A stretch of 64,000 bases of DNA. Origin: Faecousia sp. (GTDB taxonomy: Bacteria; Bacillota; Clostridia; Oscillospirales; Oscillospiraceae). Where the stretch lies: contig JAZNZT010000028.1 in assembly GCA_045595075.1 (NCBI GenBank), positions 47,162 to 111,161 of the forward strand. The letters run 5' to 3'. The translations under genes and the position numbers were made by a program. The notes under the pieces are model-generated. The model had not been told where the DNA came from, searched no databases, and was given only the letters and a program-made list of their open reading frames with translations. Each line of letters opens with the position of its first letter. The stretch's first letter is position 1. Of the stretch, positions 51,157 through 59,877 are shown in pieces.

Positions 51157-51846
51157 TTATGAAATTACTGTGATCGGACAGAAATTCAGTTTATCTGCCG
51201 AAACAAGACGAAACTCAATGCCATTCCACGGTCCTTCCATAGCCAAATTGTGGCTTGCGCCATGAAGATGGCCGTAGTAGCATTGGGTAACAGAATATTT
51301 TTCAAGAAGCTCCAGTATTTCTTTACATTCATAGCCTTTATACAGGGGCGGATAATGAAGAAAAACAATCTTGCGAAGCTCCCCTGCTGATTTTAGTGAC
51401 GTTTCAAGTCGAATCAGTTCCCGTTTAAACACCTTTTCGTCCTGATCATTACTTCTGGATTCTTCATAAAACCATCCTCTTGTTCCACAAATCGCCCAGC
51501 CCTCATATTCAAAATGATTGTTGTTAAGAATCCATTGGTTGGAAAATTCGTTTTTTTGGCAGAACGAATAAAATTTTGCTGCCGTACTCCACCAATAATC
51601 GTGGTTTCCTTTGAGAATAATCTTCCTGCCTGGGATTTGGTCTATCCAAGCAAAGTCATCCTTTGCCTCGTCCAAACTTAGCGCCCAGGAAAGATCTCCC
51701 AGCAGAACTGTTGTATCATCCGGACCGATAATCGACATTCCGGACTTTAATTTTTCCATGTAGCCAGTCCATGCGCCGCCGAAGACATCCATGGGTTTGG
51801 ACGCGCCGAGACACAAATGAAGGTCGCCTATCGCATACAGCGCCAT
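51157..51846 (-). CDS. Calcineurin-like metallophosphoesterase
   Basis: GDLH, GDLSW, GNHDYWW, HYPP, YGHLHG. Confidence 0.92.
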   Translation of the reverse strand: MALYAIGDLHLCLGASKPMDVFGGAWTGYMEKLKSGMSIIGPDDTTVLLGDLSWALSLDEAKDDFAWIDQIPGRKIILKGNHDYWWSTAAKFYSFCQKNEFSNQWILNNNHFEYEGWAICGTRGWFYEESRSNDQDEKVFKRELIRLETSLKSAGELRKIVFLHYPPLYKGYECKEILELLEKYSVTQCYYGHLHGASHNLAMEGPWNGIEFRLVSADKLNFCPITVIS

Positions 51847-51868
51847 TTTAACACTCCTTACGGTTGAT

Positions 51869-52867
51869 TCAACTTGACCTCAGATGTTCCTTTGGAACGC
51901 CAGTAGCATTTGAGATCATTTCAAGACTGAGATCGGGGCTGTCCGACGCAATCAGGATCCCGTGGTGGCCACCGGAAACCCGTGTGCGATAATCCTGCAG
52001 ACCGGCATAAGCCAAAGCTGTATTTTCATCAATGATGTATCCATTGGTCCTGTACATACTGTTAATCACAGACGGAATGCGGTCTTTGCCGATCACTGCA
52101 GCAAACATGGCGCTGCTGATCAACTTAGATTTTTCCTCATCCAGAGAATAAACTGCTCCCTGGTCACAGGCATGTTTAAATCTGTTCACTTCATCGCACC
52201 CAAAAGTGCTCTGTATCAGTCTATCCACGCCTTCCAGTTGCTTACAGTTCCCGGTATTGATCTCGCCTCTTTGAATCAAGTCCCATACTATACTGTCATT
52301 TTCGCAGCTGCAGATGATCACTCCAATAGGGAGTCCCATTTTACGAGCATACCACGCAGATATAGGATCACTAAAATTTCCGGTTGGAACTGCAATATCG
52401 ACCGGTTGCGTACCACCGGTAATATTGTTTTTTATAAGTTCGCCAAAAACAGCAAACAAAACCGCTATCCGAACCGCAATACAAAACCATTCCGTAGGTT
52501 TCTGCTTTGCCGATTGATTGCCGCAAATTTTAGAATACAAAGCCTTTTCGATATAATCGAACCTTGATTCATGATTGTGCCAGATCTCCGAAACAGTGAG
52601 CTTATGGTTCATAGATTTAATTTTGATTGGATTTTTGCCAATGCAAAAATCTACATCCCATCCATTCATATGACAGGAAAAGAACAGATTCATTATCTCT
52701 GCAACAATCTGTCCAAAGCTTTTTGTGCCGAGAGAATCAATATAAGAATCCTCCAAAATGGGAAGATAAAACGGAACGAACATTCCACCGTCAGGCGCTC
52801 TGTTTTCTTGTAGAGTCCTGTGTGCAGTATATGCATCCTTATCGGTTACAGTCGTTATGTACAGCAA
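51869..52867 (-). CDS. Threonine synthase-like protein lacking PLP lysine and central domain
   Basis: APDGGMFVP, VPTGNF..P..AWYARKMGLPI..IIC, GY.ID..TA.A match ThrC; FHGPT.AFKD and ATSGDTG/NSIN are absent. Confidence 0.78.
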   Translation of the reverse strand: MLYITTVTDKDAYTAHRTLQENRAPDGGMFVPFYLPILEDSYIDSLGTKSFGQIVAEIMNLFFSCHMNGWDVDFCIGKNPIKIKSMNHKLTVSEIWHNHESRFDYIEKALYSKICGNQSAKQKPTEWFCIAVRIAVLFAVFGELIKNNITGGTQPVDIAVPTGNFSDPISAWYARKMGLPIGVIICSCENDSIVWDLIQRGEINTGNCKQLEGVDRLIQSTFGCDEVNRFKHACDQGAVYSLDEEKSKLISSAMFAAVIGKDRIPSVINSMYRTNGYIIDENTALAYAGLQDYRTRVSGGHHGILIASDSPDLSLEMISNATGVPKEHLRSS

Positions 52868-53817
52868 CGCTCAATCACCCCTACAGCATTATTCCAGAAA
52901 ATATTTTTAACCGTTTGCGTATCCAATCCGCGTTCAATTAACTTCTCGGCAACCTTAGGATAATCTTGAATCCCGAAGAAACCGTCAGGCAGCGGATAAC
53001 CGCCGTCCAAATCTCCACCCAAGGCGATGTGTTTTCCGTGATGATCAATGCTGATAAAATGGAAAATATGGTTGCAAACAGCATCAATATCTGCCGAATC
53101 GCCCACGAAAGGCGCATAAAGATTAATGCCAACAACACCACCTGTGTTACATATTGCAGAAAACATTTCGTCAGTTATATTTCTGCTTACATTATGTACA
53201 GTACGGCTATTGGAATGAGAGGCAATGATAGGCGCATCAGTGATATTCATAATATCCCAAAACGCTTCATCGCTAATGTGACTGACATCGATAATCATGC
53301 CCAGTCGCTGCGCTTCTTTTACATACTCTTTACCCAGATCTGTCAAACCGCCACCGGTGACATGAGAGCCTGCCAGTATATTCTTTTCATTCCAACCTAA
53401 TGTAGTGATTCTGAAACCGACTTTATAAAGATCTTCCAGCAAAGCGGGGTCATATCCAAATCCGGCAGGACCTTCAATAGTAAGAATACCGGACATTATA
53501 CCCTTCGCAAGATTATTTTCGATATCTTTTGCCGTAAAGGCCTGCTGTATTTTATCACTGTTGCGCTCTAATTCTCTATGGAAAGTGGCAAGTTCCCGTT
53601 CAAAAAGTTGGACAGGATCAATAGATAATCGTTCAGATGTATCTGCTCCATTTGATGTAGTAAAACAGGCAAAGCACTGTGCATATCCCGGCAATTTTGC
53701 TGCACGGTTGAGATCAATATGAAGATCATTTTCTCTTAGGCTTCCGGCTCTGCAAAAGTCATCGCCAAGCAGAGCAAACGCTGTGTCGCAATGTAGATCA
53801 AAAACAGGGAAATCCAT
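52855..53817 (-). CDS. Membrane dipeptidase (peptidase M19) family
   Basis: DLHCDT, TIEG, DVSHIS, ASHSN, GGDLDG. Confidence 0.92.
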   Translation of the reverse strand: MDFPVFDLHCDTAFALLGDDFCRAGSLRENDLHIDLNRAAKLPGYAQCFACFTTSNGADTSERLSIDPVQLFERELATFHRELERNSDKIQQAFTAKDIENNLAKGIMSGILTIEGPAGFGYDPALLEDLYKVGFRITTLGWNEKNILAGSHVTGGGLTDLGKEYVKEAQRLGMIIDVSHISDEAFWDIMNITDAPIIASHSNSRTVHNVSRNITDEMFSAICNTGGVVGINLYAPFVGDSADIDAVCNHIFHFISIDHHGKHIALGGDLDGGYPLPDGFFGIQDYPKVAEKLIERGLDTQTVKNIFWNNAVGVIERCCT

Positions 53818-54179
53818 TAAAACGCATCCTCCAAATGACGGATATCCGGATGTTTTGTTTTAACTCCATCCGGAGCATATATTTCAATTACATCAAATCT
53901 GGGTTGCAATGTAGTTTCAAATTGAGACAAATAAAATTCTCCGGTGATTCGAAGTCTGTTTTGTTTGTAAATATCCACAAAATCAGAGGCTCTTGCAAAA
54001 TCTGCTGATTTACGTAGCTTGACCTCTACAAAAACCAAATACTTGCGGTTTGAAACGATCAGATCGATCTCACCATAACGACATCGGTAATTTGTAGCAA
54101 CTAAATTATACCGTTTTTTACGCAAATACTCTGCTGCAAGACTTTCACCCCATGCCCCAACTATATTATTTCGTCCCAT
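53817..54179 (-). CDS. YraN (UPF0102) family nuclease-like protein
   Basis: G..GE..A..YL, NYRCRYGEIDLI, VFVEVKLR, RFDVI. Confidence 0.93.
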   Translation of the reverse strand: MGRNNIVGAWGESLAAEYLRKKRYNLVATNYRCRYGEIDLIVSNRKYLVFVEVKLRKSADFARASDFVDIYKQNRLRITGEFYLSQFETTLQPRFDVIEIYAPDGVKTKHPDIRHLEDAF

Positions 54180-54780
54180 AGAATTTCTTTAAAAAGCTCA
54201 TCCGGTGGATAGGGCTGGGACCGTACTCCTGCAGCGCTGCATAATGCGCCTTTGTGCCATACCCCTTATGAATATCAAATCCATACTCAGGATATTTTTC
54301 GGCCATTTCCAACATATAATCATCCCGTGATACTTTTGCAAGGACTGAAGCAGCAGCAATGCTTGCGCTCAGACTGTCGCCGTGAACAACTGTTTTTGCA
54401 GGAACACCAAAATCCTTTTCACGGTTTCCGTCAATAAGCGCAAGTTCCGGTTTAACAGATAAACGTCCGATTGCTTGTTCCATAGCCAACAAGGTAGCCT
54501 GAAGAATGTTGATTCGATCAATCTGCTCATAGTCTACAAAGCAAATTCCATATGCCACTGCTTTTTCCTGAATGATAGGAAACAACTCTCTGCGACGTTT
54601 GTCACTCATTTTCTTACTGTCATCCAACCCCAGAATTTCAATATGTGGCGGAAGAATAACCGCAGCGGCGCAAACCGGGCCTGCAAGCGGACCGCGTCCG
54701 GCCTCATCTACGCCACAAATTACTTGTAAACCCTGAGCAAAATACTGTTCCTCAATTTCCCAAAGATTTCGTTCGCTCAT
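54166..54780 (-). CDS. rnhB: Ribonuclease HII
   Basis: GVDEAGRGPLAGPV, DSKK, IDGN, SIAAASVLAKV, HKGYGT. Confidence 0.97.
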   Translation of the reverse strand: MSERNLWEIEEQYFAQGLQVICGVDEAGRGPLAGPVCAAAVILPPHIEILGLDDSKKMSDKRRRELFPIIQEKAVAYGICFVDYEQIDRINILQATLLAMEQAIGRLSVKPELALIDGNREKDFGVPAKTVVHGDSLSASIAAASVLAKVSRDDYMLEMAEKYPEYGFDIHKGYGTKAHYAALQEYGPSPIHRMSFLKKFYGTK

Positions 54781-55646
54781 ATTAAATCCTCCGGCATTTC
54801 CAGAGTAAACCGACCAAGTTTTCCGGACCGGTATTCATCCAGAACGATTTTCGCTATGCGTTCATAATTGATTTCGCCCCGTGCAAGCAAACATCCGCGT
54901 TTACGTCCCGCTTCCTCCAGCAGCATGTACCCAGGCATATCCTGGGAGACATCAATGCTGTATCGATTCTGTAAAACATCCGGATAATATTTCTGGAACA
55001 ATTCAAGAAGTCGGCATGCAAGTTCTTCTGTATCAATTACATTTTCCTTGACTGCACCTGTATAAGCGAGCATCATTCCCACATTGGGGTCGTCAAATTT
55101 GGGCCACAAAATACCGGGAGTATCCAGCAATAACAGTCCGCTGTTAACTGTAACCCACTGCTTACCTCTTGTGACGCCGGGTCGATTTTCAGCCTTAGCA
55201 CCTTTCCGACCGGATATTTGATTGATCAGAGTTGATTTGCCTACATTGGGAATTCCGACGATCATAACCCGGACCGGCTTATTCATGCCCTTTGCGGTGT
55301 TTCTGTCGATCTTTTCTTTCAGAACAGACCGCACAGTAGGCTCAAAATCAGAAATGCCTTTTTTGCTTTTACAATCGGTCGCAACAGCCGCAATCTTATT
55401 ATTTCGATAATAATCGATCCAGACCTTCGTTGCGCCGACATCCGCTAGATCCATCCGATTGAAAACAATGATTCTGGGTTTATCTCCGCATATTGCGTCG
55501 ATGTCCGGATTTCTGCTGGAGATTGGGATCCTGGCGTCTACGATCTCACACACAGCATCCACCTGCTTTAAATCTGCTTCGATCTGACGACGGGTTTTCG
55601 TCATGTGACCGGGATACCATTGGATATTCATCTTTTTTTCTTCCAT
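54777..55646 (-). CDS. rbgA: Ribosome biogenesis GTPase RbgA/YlqF
   Basis: IQWYPGHM, DARIP.SS.NP, GIPNVGKST, DTPG. Confidence 0.96.
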   Translation of the reverse strand: MEEKKMNIQWYPGHMTKTRRQIEADLKQVDAVCEIVDARIPISSRNPDIDAICGDKPRIIVFNRMDLADVGATKVWIDYYRNNKIAAVATDCKSKKGISDFEPTVRSVLKEKIDRNTAKGMNKPVRVMIVGIPNVGKSTLINQISGRKGAKAENRPGVTRGKQWVTVNSGLLLLDTPGILWPKFDDPNVGMMLAYTGAVKENVIDTEELACRLLELFQKYYPDVLQNRYSIDVSQDMPGYMLLEEAGRKRGCLLARGEINYERIAKIVLDEYRSGKLGRFTLEMPEDLI

Positions 55647-56275
55647 TATGTTAGCACCCCGATTCTGCTAAAGTCCCGTGGAACAGTATCGCGGTTTGTT
55701 CCGGGAAATAAGACAAAAATTGCCTTTCCCAGTATTTCCCGACAATCGATCAAGCCAATCTCGTTGCTGCGACTATCTTTAGAATCATTGCGATTATCCC
55801 CCATCACAAACACACAGCCGTCTTCAACTGTAATAGGAAACTGAACGCCCTCCATAATGTTGGTATCTGTTAGTGTGTAAGGTTCATCCAAAGCAACTCC
55901 GTCCACATATACAACACCTTCGGCAAAATCAATATCGACCGTCTGTCCTTCTGTGGCGATCACCCGCTTTATAATTGGCTCTCCGCTCTTAAAGGACTCT
56001 TTGCCGGCAACAACAATATCTCCGTACTTCGGATCTGTATAAAATACGTTTCCCAGAAGCAGAAGCCAGTCCCCGTCCATTAGGGTATTATTCATTGACG
56101 GACCGGAAACTACAACCATTCGGAAACACAGCGAAAAAATCAAGAGTACGCCGGCAAGCAGCCAGACAAAATCGTGAAGATAATCCAATATACTTTTTTT
56201 AATTGATTCACCGGACTTTGTTCCAGCAACATTCTCTTCATTTTCCGCATCAAATCTTTTGTTTTGATTTTTCAC
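55646..56275 (-). CDS. lepB: Signal peptidase I
   Basis: TM, GPSMNNTL (Ser), IIKRVIA (Lys), MGDNRNDSKDSR. Confidence 0.95.
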   Translation of the reverse strand: MKNQNKRFDAENEENVAGTKSGESIKKSILDYLHDFVWLLAGVLLIFSLCFRMVVVSGPSMNNTLMDGDWLLLLGNVFYTDPKYGDIVVAGKESFKSGEPIIKRVIATEGQTVDIDFAEGVVYVDGVALDEPYTLTDTNIMEGVQFPITVEDGCVFVMGDNRNDSKDSRSNEIGLIDCREILGKAIFVLFPGTNRDTVPRDFSRIGVLT

Positions 56276-56383
56276 CTGTACTCCCCCAATATTCTATTAC
56301 TTTTCGTATAGATTTGATTTCATTATATACGATTTTGGGCAATAAAAAAAGAGGGTTTCCCCTCTTTTTTTATTAAATTTGCA

Positions 56384-56725
56384 TTAGACCTTTTCCTTGA
56401 TCTTAGCAGCCTTGCCGAAACGGTCACGCAGGTAGTACAGCTTCGCGCGGCGAACCTTACCTTTACGAACAGTCTCAACACTGGCAACGCGAGGAGAGTG
56501 AACAGGAAATACCTTCTCACAGCCTACGCCATAGCTCACACGACGAACAGTGATGGTCTCACCGATACCGCCATGCTTGCGAGCGATGATGGTGCCTTCA
56601 AACACCTGAATACGCTCACGGGAGCCTTCCTTGATCCGCACATGCACACGAACCGTGTCGCCTACCCGCATTTCGGGCAGCGCGGGCTTCATGTACTGGC
56701 TGGACAGAGCCTTTACCAAATCCAT
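56384..56725 (-). CDS. rplS: 50S ribosomal protein L19
   Basis: GDTVRV...[25 protein letters not shown]. Confidence 0.98.
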   Translation of the reverse strand: MDLVKALSSQYMKPALPEMRVGDTVRVHVRIKEGSRERIQVFEGTIIARKHGGIGETITVRRVSYGVGCEKVFPVHSPRVASVETVRKGKVRRAKLYYLRDRFGKAAKIKEKV

Positions 56726-56744
56726 ATCTTTGTCCTCCTTAATA

Positions 56745-56815
56745 TTAGGCGTTCGTGCAATATAACATCCCGGCGATATGGTTCCCGGTATTGCAGAGGA
56801 CTCACCTTGTTTTCA
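56745..56815 (-). ncRNA. Probable L19 ribosomal leader (cis-regulatory)
   Basis: GGTGAGTCCTCTGCAATA...TATTGCACGAACGCC nested hairpin in rplS 5' UTR, below a TTGATT-17-TAGAAT promoter (56825-56853). Confidence 0.65.
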
Positions 56816-56893
56816 GACCGAGTTATTCTAGCATAGTTTGGCAAATAAATCAAGTGTTTTTTCAATTATTTTCAAATATTTTACCAGATACGG

Positions 56894-57706
56894 TTACCTA
56901 AGTGATTTAAATGCTCTTGCCGCATTTGTTTTGATCTGATTACAATCAAACTCCGGCGTATAGGTTATCTTTAACAGATTAGATTCGATGTAATTAAAAG
57001 GAGATAAAGAACCAAAACAGAGCTGCTCCGGAAGTAAAATGTTCATTACATTTTTTGCTTGCGCTGTATTGAATGTTTCAAACTGCGTAGTATCAAAATA
57101 GGTATTTTGACGTTCCTTCAAAATTGAGCCCAGCTTCTCCCCTGCTGTGCCAGGATGAAAGCTAGTCACTAATACATGGGCATTCCTATTCTTGGATAAA
57201 ACATTATAATAATCTTCCGCCTTTATGTTCTTATACGTATCCAGGGGGCTTCTTCCCCGGAAGTTTTCAAATCCTGCACAAATACGAACGGGAACATCCA
57301 GTTCCTCGGCGAGATCAAGAACCTTTGCTGCTCGATTCTGAGGTGAATATGTATCTGGAAGCATTTCGCTGCCAAGAGAGTATCCATGATATAATGGTGC
57401 CATTTCAAATCCTGCAAAACCGGCATTGATCATCTGCCGCGCATCTTTTTCCCACTGGATATAAGCTGGATTTACGATCGCAAGAGGAAGAAATACAGTT
57501 TTGCCGGTGAAATTCCTAAGCTCTTCTAGAAGTTCCAGATTTGCAGTGTTGGCATCTTTATAAAAAAGTCCGTTTAAATTTGAGACGACCATATGTGTAA
57601 TTTCGTTGCGCTGGGCAAGTTCGTCAAGCCCCTGCAAGGTATTATACTTTAAATTACGGAACGGCCAATGACCCACATATGTACTAATATCGATCAACAT
57701 AATCAT
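56894..57706 (-). CDS. Amidohydrolase-fold protein with degenerate metal ligands
   Basis: ID..TYVGHWPFR start, PLYHGY, QLCFGS..PF; no HxH or terminal Asp. Confidence 0.75.
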   Translation of the reverse strand: MIMLIDISTYVGHWPFRNLKYNTLQGLDELAQRNEITHMVVSNLNGLFYKDANTANLELLEELRNFTGKTVFLPLAIVNPAYIQWEKDARQMINAGFAGFEMAPLYHGYSLGSEMLPDTYSPQNRAAKVLDLAEELDVPVRICAGFENFRGRSPLDTYKNIKAEDYYNVLSKNRNAHVLVTSFHPGTAGEKLGSILKERQNTYFDTTQFETFNTAQAKNVMNILLPEQLCFGSLSPFNYIESNLLKITYTPEFDCNQIKTNAARAFKSLR

Positions 57707-58524
57707 TTACCCGTCCTTTCTAAGAATCTGTTAAATGCGCCTCCGGCAAGAATTGTTTTTTTATCCTTTTCTGAAATGTCTGCGCCGAGAATTTTTGCAA
57801 CAGAAGAACAGAACGGACCGTCTGTTGCAAACAAAAGTCTTTCCGCACCTAAATACTTGACCGATTCCTCGATCAATGGTCTGTCGTGAACGCTTCCTCC
57901 AATATCTGCATATACATTGGGGCAATCTGCAATCGCCTTAATGGACCACTGCCAGTCACCACCGCCGCCGATGTGCCCCATAAGGAAGGTTGCCTCTGGA
58001 TAGCGGTGAGCAATTTTTGCCATATGTTCACCGTCAGAAATACGCGGCTGACGGCTGCGGGTAGCCGGATCCATAACATGTGCGGAATGCATCAAAATCG
58101 GAATATCAAGATCAATGCATTTTTCAACAAGCGCAAATTGAACAGGGTCATCCATACGGTAATGATGATACAATTTTACACCGACAAAACCAAGATCGTT
58201 AACGCATCTGGTGACCTCATCCAACATCTCCTTCTGGTAACCGGGATTCACGAAAGCCATACCGTAAATGCGGCCAGGCCAACGTTTTACAGCCTCATAG
58301 GTAATGTTATTCGCTGCAGAAAAAACATCAGGTGGGCAAAACCGATCTGAAGGAACAGGATAAGAAGATACCACCTTGTCAATTCCAAGCGTATCCATAA
58401 CGCTAACAAATTTATCAGTATAAGCAGCATTAAAAATTAAATTTGAGCTTAGACTGCAAGCATGCTCATGCCATGATGTGACGGGGTTCTCATGAAATAA
58501 TTTCATTTTCTCCTGAATATCCAT
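57703..58524 (-). CDS. Amidohydrolase_2 family metal-dependent hydrolase
   Basis: HEH, GFVGVKL, ILMH, GHIGGG, RLLFATD.P; start ATG 58524 behind GGGAGG. Confidence 0.88.
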   Translation of the reverse strand: MDIQEKMKLFHENPVTSWHEHACSLSSNLIFNAAYTDKFVSVMDTLGIDKVVSSYPVPSDRFCPPDVFSAANNITYEAVKRWPGRIYGMAFVNPGYQKEMLDEVTRCVNDLGFVGVKLYHHYRMDDPVQFALVEKCIDLDIPILMHSAHVMDPATRSRQPRISDGEHMAKIAHRYPEATFLMGHIGGGGDWQWSIKAIADCPNVYADIGGSVHDRPLIEESVKYLGAERLLFATDGPFCSSVAKILGADISEKDKKTILAGGAFNRFLERTGK

Positions 58525-58633
58525 AGTTATCCTCCCAGTACTAATCATTAAAGAATAAGATTTGGATTCTTGCCGTGATTATAACACGTTTGCAGTTTGA
58601 AATCAATGTAATAAACAATCAAATGATTCAATA

Positions 58634-58846
58634 AAAAATATAAAGCCGAAAAGCTAATGCTTTTCGACTCTTTATGGTCCGAGTGACTGGATTCGAACCA
58701 GCGGGAATGCTGCGCTTACGCGCGGCATTCCCATGCGGCGATTGAAATACAAGAGGCCGCTGGTTCGATCCAATTAAAAATAAAAAGCCGAAAAGCTAAT
58801 GCTTTTCGACTCTTTATGGTCCGAGTGACTGGATTCGAACCAGCGG
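58634..58846. repeat. tRNA-linked direct repeat with internal inverted tRNA fragment
   Basis: 63-bp exact repeat 58642-58704 / 58784-58846 (terminator plus 3' 30 nt of tRNA-Pro), period 142 bp. Confidence 0.92.
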
Positions 58847-58893
58847 CCTCTTGAACCCCATTCAAGCGCGATACCAAACTTCGCCACACCCGG
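58817..58893 (-). tRNA. tRNA-Pro(GGG)
   Basis: CCGGGTG...CTTGA-ATGGGGT-TCAAG...GGTTCGAATCC..CACTCGG-A-CCA, 77 nt; promoter TTGCAT-17-TAATAT at 58925-58953. Confidence 0.97.
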
Positions 58894-58978
58894 ATTTTGC
58901 TTGCGTCCTGCGGACTGCTTGGCTATATTAGCACACCATGCCGAAAAATGCAAGCATAATTTTTATTTTTCTGAAAAA

Positions 58979-59203
58979 TTATTCTCCTGCCTCTGATTTT
59001 ATAACTTTGCCCATGTTCCAAAGTCTGGTGACCTGACACTCTGCATCCTTTTTTTCTTCTTCCGTTTCATAGGCGACATAAACTGTATGCGCGCTGCAAT
59101 CGCAGCACTCCACCTGAACATTCCAGCCGCCCTCATGCACAAGATATCCGCTACCTCTGCACACAGGGCAGTCTTCTAAAATAATATTAGGATTTACTTC
59201 CAT
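58979..59203 (-). CDS. Small zinc-ribbon protein, Lar restriction-alleviation-like
   Basis: LEDCPVC.G...VEC.DC.A.T...A....WN pattern; AAGGAG RBS. Confidence 0.7.
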   Translation of the reverse strand: MEVNPNIILEDCPVCRGSGYLVHEGGWNVQVECCDCSAHTVYVAYETEEEKKDAECQVTRLWNMGKVIKSEAGE

Positions 59204-59214
59204 AAATAATCTCC

Positions 59215-59877
59215 TTATCGAAATACATTCTCTGAAGTATCAAAGACTTCAAGGCGGGTACATTTACAAAAACTCGGTTTTATATGGGGAAGATACAAAC
59301 CGATAGCAGCAACGATCTGCATGGGATTCAAAGACGGATTCTGGCAGCAGACAACACAGCGGATTCTAACAGTCTTGTCATCTTCTCTGCTGATCGCAAA
59401 GCTTCTAATCATTGGGACGATGTCTTGATCCTGTATACCATTCTTAGTTTTACGAGGAACAACAAGGTTATCTCTGTTTAATAAATCACTAATCAGTTTT
59501 TCAGCCTCATTAGGAACACCGCAATCATATTCAAGTATTAAATCACATTGCAAAAATGCAATATCTTTAATCTTACGGCCGCAATCATAAACATCCAGGA
59601 CCTGCACGCCCGATATAAGCGAGCGATTTAATCTGTTCTTAATCTCAGTATTTGATATATTATCTCCGTCTAAATCAAAGTCCAGCAGCTCACACAAGCT
59701 CTCTACGCCAACAGAAAGAGGCAACGCAATAGAAACAGACGGTCTTGGATTGAATCCTTGTGTATGAGTCAAATGAAGCCCTGCGCGTTTAAACGCGCGC
59801 TGAAATACCCGCATCAAATCCAGGTGCGATATCCATTTCGCATTTCCGGTCTTTTTAAACAACAGTCTAGGCATCAC
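59215..59877 (-). CDS. TIGR03936 family radical SAM-associated protein
   Basis: ISHLDLMR.FQRAFKRA, QGFNPRP..S.ALPLSVGVES. Confidence 0.92.
   Translation of the reverse strand: MMPRLLFKKTGNAKWISHLDLMRVFQRAFKRAGLHLTHTQGFNPRPSVSIALPLSVGVESLCELLDFDLDGDNISNTEIKNRLNRSLISGVQVLDVYDCGRKIKDIAFLQCDLILEYDCGVPNEAEKLISDLLNRDNLVVPRKTKNGIQDQDIVPMIRSFAISREDDKTVRIRCVVCCQNPSLNPMQIVAAIGLYLPHIKPSFCKCTRLEVFDTSENVFR

Noticed and set aside
51869-52867. Calling the ThrC-like ORF a pseudogene or a normal thrC
   Set aside because: No stops or frameshifts and tight coupling to its neighbour argue against a pseudogene; the missing PLP lysine and domain argue against functional thrC
58642-58846. CRISPR-like repeat-spacer-repeat or second functional tRNA
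   Set aside because: Only two 63-bp units, derived from tRNA plus terminator, with no cas genes; the duplicate lacks the D arm and anticodon arm
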